Shown here: in pieces, positions 59,124-64,000 of the stretch
Layout of the letters: every line of letters starts with the position of its first letter
Numbering within the stretch: position 1 is the first letter of the stretch
Origin: Candidatus Woesebacteria bacterium
GTDB taxonomy: Bacteria; Patescibacteriota; Microgenomatia; UBA1400; UBA1396
Direction: 5' to 3'
Assembly (NCBI GenBank): GCA_021208605.1
Contig: JAJOJK010000002.1
Span: forward strand, 37,606-101,605
DNA length: 64,000 nt
The notes under the pieces: generated by a model
Told to the model about the DNA's origin: nothing
What the model saw: only the letters and a program-made list of their open reading frames with translations
Database searches by the model: none
Position numbers and translations under genes: made by a program

Positions 59124-60256
59124 ACTTCCTTCAACTCTCTCGCCACTCTACTCCATGAAAACGCGGCTGACAACGCCACACTTCGGCGGCTCATCGTGGA
59201 AAGTAGCGTCTTATCGGCTTGCCAAGCACTCAAGGTCTGGGAAATTGATTCTGGCGTGACCGACTGCAAAACCACTCCATTCCCATCCACCATCTCCCTC
59301 GCCGCCCCCACATCACTCAAAATCAGCGGCAACCCACAAGCCATCGCTTCCAGTGCCGCATTGCTCATCCCCTCCGCTACCGATGGCAAACAAAAGACGT
59401 GGCAGCGTGGCAGATTTTGAGCGATCCATTTTCGGTCTTTGGCGCCAACAAATTGAACGTAAGATTCTATCTCTTTATCGCGCACCAACTGCACCAACGC
59501 CGCATACTCATCGCCATCACCAATCAGCAAAAGCTGGGCTTCTTGACTGTTTAACTGCTCTGCCTGCACAAACTCGGCAAAACCCGCAATCAGCACGTCC
59601 AGGCGTTTCTTTTTTCCCATGACGGTGCCGCCAGCGGTGACGGTGAAAGCGGTAAATTTGTCTTTTGGCGGCACTGGGCGGAAGAGATCAGTATCAACGC
59701 CATTCGGAATCACGGTAATCGGAGCCTGCGGCCAGGTTTTCCGCGCCACAGTGGCCAGCCATTGGCTGTTAGCGGTCAGGGCCTTCGCTCGACTCCACAA
59801 AACCCGCATCACCAAACGATGCAACCAGCTCCCCCACGAAAATCGCGGGTTATAGCCCGGCACATCCACGCCCCGCAACGCCACCACATACGGCACGCCA
59901 AACCAGGACAGCACCCAACTCGCCACTGGACCCGGATAGCCAAAGGTCAAAGAGACATCGTACGAATGCTTTCTGGAGAGTCGCATTCCGAGCCACATTG
60001 ATCCCAACGTGTACCGCACCATATGAGCCAGCGTTTGCCGGTGGTAGTTTTCTGGTGATCGCTGACCAATTGGAACGCGATGCAAGGTAATTCGCTCCGA
60101 AATCGACTCTGTTTCCCAGCTATTAGCCAGAGAAGACGTCACAACATCAATAGTCACATCGGCATTTGACTGCCATTCTTGCAAAATATGAAATATCGCG
60201 TTCGCCACACCGCCCCCAAGCGGAGGATATTCATAGACAAATACGAGAGCACGCAT
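59117..60256 (-). CDS. Glycosyltransferase family 4
   Basis: EYPPLGGG, IPNGVD, EGMSNAALEAMACG. Confidence 0.93.
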   Translation of the reverse strand: MRALVFVYEYPPLGGGVANAIFHILQEWQSNADVTIDVVTSSLANSWETESISERITLHRVPIGQRSPENYHRQTLAHMVRYTLGSMWLGMRLSRKHSYDVSLTFGYPGPVASWVLSWFGVPYVVALRGVDVPGYNPRFSWGSWLHRLVMRVLWSRAKALTANSQWLATVARKTWPQAPITVIPNGVDTDLFRPVPPKDKFTAFTVTAGGTVMGKKKRLDVLIAGFAEFVQAEQLNSQEAQLLLIGDGDEYAALVQLVRDKEIESYVQFVGAKDRKWIAQNLPRCHVFCLPSVAEGMSNAALEAMACGLPLILSDVGAAREMVDGNGVVLQSVTPESISQTLSAWQADKTLLSTMSRRSVALSAAFSWSRVARELKEVW

Positions 60257-60313
60257 AACTGTCTTCCAGTATACCGTGCAATTGGTGTTTATTTTGAGTG
60301 GTAGAGTGCAGCA

Positions 60314-60496
60314 ATGTCGAAAACACTCACTTTTCGAGTCTCAGATATCGCCCTTGATGCTTCGCAAGTCACTTTTGGTATCAGCTGGACAACACTCATT
60401 GGCCTTGACGTTTTGCCACCACAACTCCTGGTAACAAACGGTTTGGTGACCCTCCTTTTATGGTATATTGCAAGTAAATACTGGAGAACTGCATGA
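60314..60496 (+). CDS. Two-TM microprotein A2 (60 aa), paralog of 45202..45429
   Basis: Homology to A1; TGn-TAGAGT 6 nt before the ATG. Confidence 0.78.
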   Translation: MSKTLTFRVSDIALDASQVTFGISWTTLIGLDVLPPQLLVTNGLVTLLLWYIASKYWRTA

Positions 60497-60648
60497 CACT
60501 TTTCGGTCTTTCTTCCGACCAACTTTGGCACCTTGCCGCACAAGCTACTCCATTTGTACTTACTGGTGGTTTAATTCTCTATGGCCTTTACGAAATTCAT
60601 TTCAAAGAGAGTGACAAAAAGCACACCACAAAAAAACAAGAGAAATAG
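60493..60648 (+). CDS. Single-TM microprotein B2 (51 aa, not in the ORF track)
   Basis: MTLFGLSSDQLWHLAAQATPFVLTGGLILYGLYEIHFKESDKKHTTKKQEK; ATGA overlap with A2; SD GGAG 6 nt upstream. Confidence 0.65.
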   Translation: MTLFGLSSDQLWHLAAQATPFVLTGGLILYGLYEIHFKESDKKHTTKKQEK

Positions 60649-61510
60649 CAAAAAGGTGTCCGTCGCCATCATCATCCCCACTCTGCTGTCTGACTTCGAT
60701 ATGCTCCAGGCATGTCTCGAAAGCCTCGCCGCCCTTAAAAAACCGCCAGAATTCTCTGTCTACGTCATGGCGAACACTTCGCAAGACACCCTGACACAAT
60801 TTGAAAACACGCTTCCCCAAAAACTCTCCGAAAAACTGGACATTAAATTCTTTTCTCTTGGCCAAAACACCGGGTTTACTGGCGCCGCCAATGCTGGCAT
60901 CACAGCCAGCACAGAAGACCTTGTAATCCTCCTCAACGACGACACCACCGTCGACCCCAACTGGCTGACGGAGCTCGTCGCCACCCACTCCACAACTGGC
61001 GCCGACATGATTGCCTCCACCATTTACCTCGGGAACAAAACCACGCTCGATTCCCAAGGCTTCACCTTCCGCTGGCGTGGGCAAGCCCTCACACTGCCTT
61101 TTACCGACACCGCTTCCGATAACTGGAAAAACCACCCAGATCTGCTGTCTAGAACCAATGCGCGCGAGCCATTTGGCCCAGATGCCGCCGCGGCACTCTA
61201 CACCCGCCAACTTCTTCAAGATCTCCGTGGCTTCCGACCGAGTTTCTTTGCCTATTTGGAAGACGTCGATCTTTCGCTGCGTGCTCGCCGGGTAGGATTC
61301 ACCTGTGCCCTGGCAGAAAACGCCATTGTTTTCCACCACAAGCACGCCACTTCGTCTGGATTTTCTGGCTTCAAAGCCCGCCAAGACTTCCGTAACTGGT
61401 GGAGAATTGTTCTTGGGAGCTACCCACTCAAGGCCTGGACTCGTTTTGCGCCTCGCATTCTGCTCGAGAGAGCCAAAAATCTTTCCGGTATGATCAAAGC
61501 ATGGAAGTAA
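60581..61510 (+). CDS. Glycosyltransferase family 2 (true start may be GTG at 60656)
   Basis: NTGFTGAAN, LLNDD, FFAYLEDVDL; the GT domain begins at VSVAIIIPT (60656). Confidence 0.88.
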   Translation: MAFTKFISKRVTKSTPQKNKRNSKKVSVAIIIPTLLSDFDMLQACLESLAALKKPPEFSVYVMANTSQDTLTQFENTLPQKLSEKLDIKFFSLGQNTGFTGAANAGITASTEDLVILLNDDTTVDPNWLTELVATHSTTGADMIASTIYLGNKTTLDSQGFTFRWRGQALTLPFTDTASDNWKNHPDLLSRTNAREPFGPDAAAALYTRQLLQDLRGFRPSFFAYLEDVDLSLRARRVGFTCALAENAIVFHHKHATSSGFSGFKARQDFRNWWRIVLGSYPLKAWTRFAPRILLERAKNLSGMIKAWK

Positions 61511-63789
61511 TGCGTCGTTTCACCCGGTGGGTTCCACAGTGGCTGCAAGAATCGTGGTATGTGTTTCTCTTGTTTTTAGGACTCGCTGCACTCTTTGTCT
61601 GGCTGCCGATTCGACCAGTTGACACAACCATGTTCCCGGGCGATATTTCCACCTTTTACGCGCCACAAAAATCGGTCGCCGAGGAAGTCCGCACCCGCAA
61701 CTCGATCTTGGCCGACGCGATCATGGTCTATGCCCCGCGGCATACCTTCATGTGGAAACATCTTCAAGCGGCTTCCTATGGCACCTACGATCCCTATGTC
61801 CTTGGAGGACGACCCGCTGGCTTGAATTGGTACTACATATCTTTGCAACTCCCTGGCTGGATACTGGGTGGCGTGATCGATGCTTTCTTGATAAACACAC
61901 TGTGGCAAACAGCTCTGGGTGCTGTCTTTTTCTATTGGCTCATTCGCGATTGGCCAGTAGGCAGAGAGAGTGAAAAACCACCGTCTCGATTCGCCGCGCT
62001 GGCTGGCGCCATCATTTGGCTCTTTGGCCAACACCAAATTGTCTGGTACATGTTCCCGGCCCACTTGCATACGCAGGTGTTGTTTCCGTTTGTCCTGTGG
62101 GCATTTCGCCGGCTCTGGTACACCAGCAGTCAGTGGCTTATCTTTGGCTTCTTGCCGCTGTTGTATTTTGTCTGGTCGTCTGGCTACACGCAGGGCGTGA
62201 TTTATCTCTTACTGATGCTGGGACTCTATTTCTGGTACTTGGTCTGGCAAGAAAAAACCTATTCGAGAATTCCCGCGCTCATAAAAAAACTCGTCAGTTT
62301 TGCCATTCCCGTCGGTATCTTCGTGGCCATTTTGGCGCCAGGACTCCTCAACTGGACTACGAAACTCGAAAGCGGTATCCGCGGCGAGCAAAGTGGCGAT
62401 CACACACCCACCTGCGAACTGTGCACTCTTGATGGCGCCGCGAAATCCATAGCGGGTTTTGTCCAGCCAGATATATTAGGAAATACCTACCAATTTTCGT
62501 ACTTTGGTGAGAAAAATATTGTTGAGTATGGTCGCTATATGAGTTTGCTGCCGTGGTTATTACTTGTGGGCGCCTGGCTGACCAAGACGTGGCGGAAAGA
62601 TGCAACGTTTTTTGTGGGAGTAGCGTTTTTAGCGTGGTCGATTATGCATGGAGTGCCGCTGATCACCCAACTGATTTATGGCGTTCCCTTTCTGAACCTA
62701 GGCCAAGCGACCCGCCTCATCACGCTCGTGCTCCTCAGTGGCGCTATTTGGTCGAGCCTGCTGTTTGACCCGGTAACGACGAAACTTGCATCGTTGCGAC
62801 TCAAAACGCTGCGTACACGCGGGCTAGTACCACTTTTTGTGGTGAGTGCGGTCGGGCTTCTCCTCATTACCTTTTCCTTTACGATTGAACCGCTCCAACA
62901 ACGCTGGCTGCTTCGCTCCGGTGCCGTCGCCGCACTGGTTGCCGTTGGCTATGGCGTTATTTTTGCCTTGGGCTGGGCTCAAAAAATTTCTTTGACTCTG
63001 TTGCGCATACTCTTAGTGATATACGTCTTTTTCGAACTCACCGTTCAACTCGGTAACTTTAATACCTTCTCGCAGCACAGCCAGATTTTTCCCGCCACTG
63101 AACTCACCACCTGGCTGCAAGAAAATATTGGTAACAACCGTGTCCACACCAGCGGCACCATTTACCTTCCAAACTCTTCTGTCATCTTCCAGATTCCGGT
63201 GATCAATGGCTACTCCACTTCCCTGCCTTCTGAGTACTTCCAGTGGATGCAGGACAATTTTGCCGTGGTAGAAACCACCTACAACGGTTTTTTGCGCATG
63301 TCGGCCGAGTCCAACGACGTCACCAACCAAATGGCGGTGAAATACGTCTTAAGCGAACAGCCAGTGGAAGATGAAAATCTGGTCTTGGCCACCGAAAAAT
63401 CCGGCGTCTTCGTCTACGAAAACACCACCGCTTGGCCGCGTGTGTGGACTGCCGAACCAGCCAGCTGCCCAGATCTCTCCCAGCCAAAAAACTGCGCACT
63501 TTCCTATACAGAAGCGAGCGTTTCTTCTGAAATTTCCGGTTACCACCACTACGAAAATGGCGCTATCTTCCAGATTTCTACCACTGAAGACAGCCTCCTC
63601 GTATTTGCGGAAAACTGGCATCCCAATTGGCAAGTAACCATCAATGAACGCGTAGAACAAACGAAGGCAATAACACCTGGCTTGATAGCCGTTCCACTCC
63701 CAGCTGGTGACGCACAGAAAATTGAGTTGAAATACTCACCCACCTATCGCTGGCCGGGTCTTCGTCAACTCTTTCCCAATCGCTTGTAG
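61501..63789 (+). CDS. YfhO-family GT-C membrane protein
   Basis: Multi-TM, DPY..GG.P, INGY, YENTTAWPR, ENWHPNW...ELKY.P; start at 61501 or 61510. Confidence 0.8.
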   Translation: MEVMRRFTRWVPQWLQESWYVFLLFLGLAALFVWLPIRPVDTTMFPGDISTFYAPQKSVAEEVRTRNSILADAIMVYAPRHTFMWKHLQAASYGTYDPYVLGGRPAGLNWYYISLQLPGWILGGVIDAFLINTLWQTALGAVFFYWLIRDWPVGRESEKPPSRFAALAGAIIWLFGQHQIVWYMFPAHLHTQVLFPFVLWAFRRLWYTSSQWLIFGFLPLLYFVWSSGYTQGVIYLLLMLGLYFWYLVWQEKTYSRIPALIKKLVSFAIPVGIFVAILAPGLLNWTTKLESGIRGEQSGDHTPTCELCTLDGAAKSIAGFVQPDILGNTYQFSYFGEKNIVEYGRYMSLLPWLLLVGAWLTKTWRKDATFFVGVAFLAWSIMHGVPLITQLIYGVPFLNLGQATRLITLVLLSGAIWSSLLFDPVTTKLASLRLKTLRTRGLVPLFVVSAVGLLLITFSFTIEPLQQRWLLRSGAVAALVAVGYGVIFALGWAQKISLTLLRILLVIYVFFELTVQLGNFNTFSQHSQIFPATELTTWLQENIGNNRVHTSGTIYLPNSSVIFQIPVINGYSTSLPSEYFQWMQDNFAVVETTYNGFLRMSAESNDVTNQMAVKYVLSEQPVEDENLVLATEKSGVFVYENTTAWPRVWTAEPASCPDLSQPKNCALSYTEASVSSEISGYHHYENGAIFQISTTEDSLLVFAENWHPNWQVTINERVEQTKAITPGLIAVPLPAGDAQKIELKYSPTYRWPGLRQLFPNRL

Positions 63790-63793
63790 TTTC

Positions 63794-64000
63794 CTAAACT
63801 CCAGCTTTACGCCAAGTTAAAAGAATCATGCCAAGGGTATACACACCGAAAACGAGTGTGGTTACGAATCGTATCGTAGCCGCAGCCAGTAAACCATAGG
63901 CTGGCAAAAACAAAATATTACCCAGAACAATGAGGCTCACCTGTAAAACACCACCCACTGAATGGTAGCTGGGAGCATCTACTGCAAAAAAGTAGCTCGT
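63794..64000 (-). CDS. C-terminus of a Wzx/MOP-family flippase (partial)
   Basis: Open frame ...GNILFLPAYGLLAAATIR...WRKAGV* running in from the window edge. Confidence 0.65.
   Translation of the reverse strand, partial: TSYFFAVDAPSYHSVGGVLQVSLIVLGNILFLPAYGLLAAATIRFVTTLVFGVYTLGMILLTWRKAGV

Noticed and set aside
26757-61384. Long antisense ORFs (26757..27617, 45493..46371, 60602..61384 and similar)
   Set aside because: They are shadows of well-supported genes on the opposite strand, with no motifs or expression signals.

Overview
Bacterial chromosomal segment, most likely Patescibacteria (CPR), probably Microgenomates. That assignment is inferred from the truncated ATP synthase delta subunit, an AspRS without the GAD domain, a divergent enolase, many stand-alone orphans and dense glycosyltransferase loci. 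Genetic code 11. From 1 to about 34 kb the window holds housekeeping genes (F1F0 ATP synthase atpBEFHAGD, aspS, VKOR-pyrD, a RecD-like helicase, secA, cca, recJ, a D,D-carboxypeptidase, gltX, gpmA, eno, an FKBP, rarA, tRNA-Glu, tRNA-Lys) with AT-rich orphans between them. From about 35 to 64 kb it is mostly surface-glycan biosynthesis, plus dus and tRNA-Val. No CRISPR, rRNA, integrase or transposase was seen. The most notable signals are small or non-coding and largely missed by the ORF track: (1) two paralogous copies of a two-gene membrane-microprotein cassette in the glycan locus, sharing a promoter motif and internal RBS; (2) a complete leader-peptide/antiterminator/terminator attenuator in front of an orphan gene; (3) a 50-aa lipoprotein gene with a perfect sigma70 promoter, a palindrome, a 23-bp 5' hairpin and its own terminator; (4) a VKOR plus atypical DHODH operon; (5) pervasive leaderless promoter architecture. 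Several single-base deletions in homopolymer runs suggest long-read assembly errors. All calls come from reading motifs by eye; no database searches were run.
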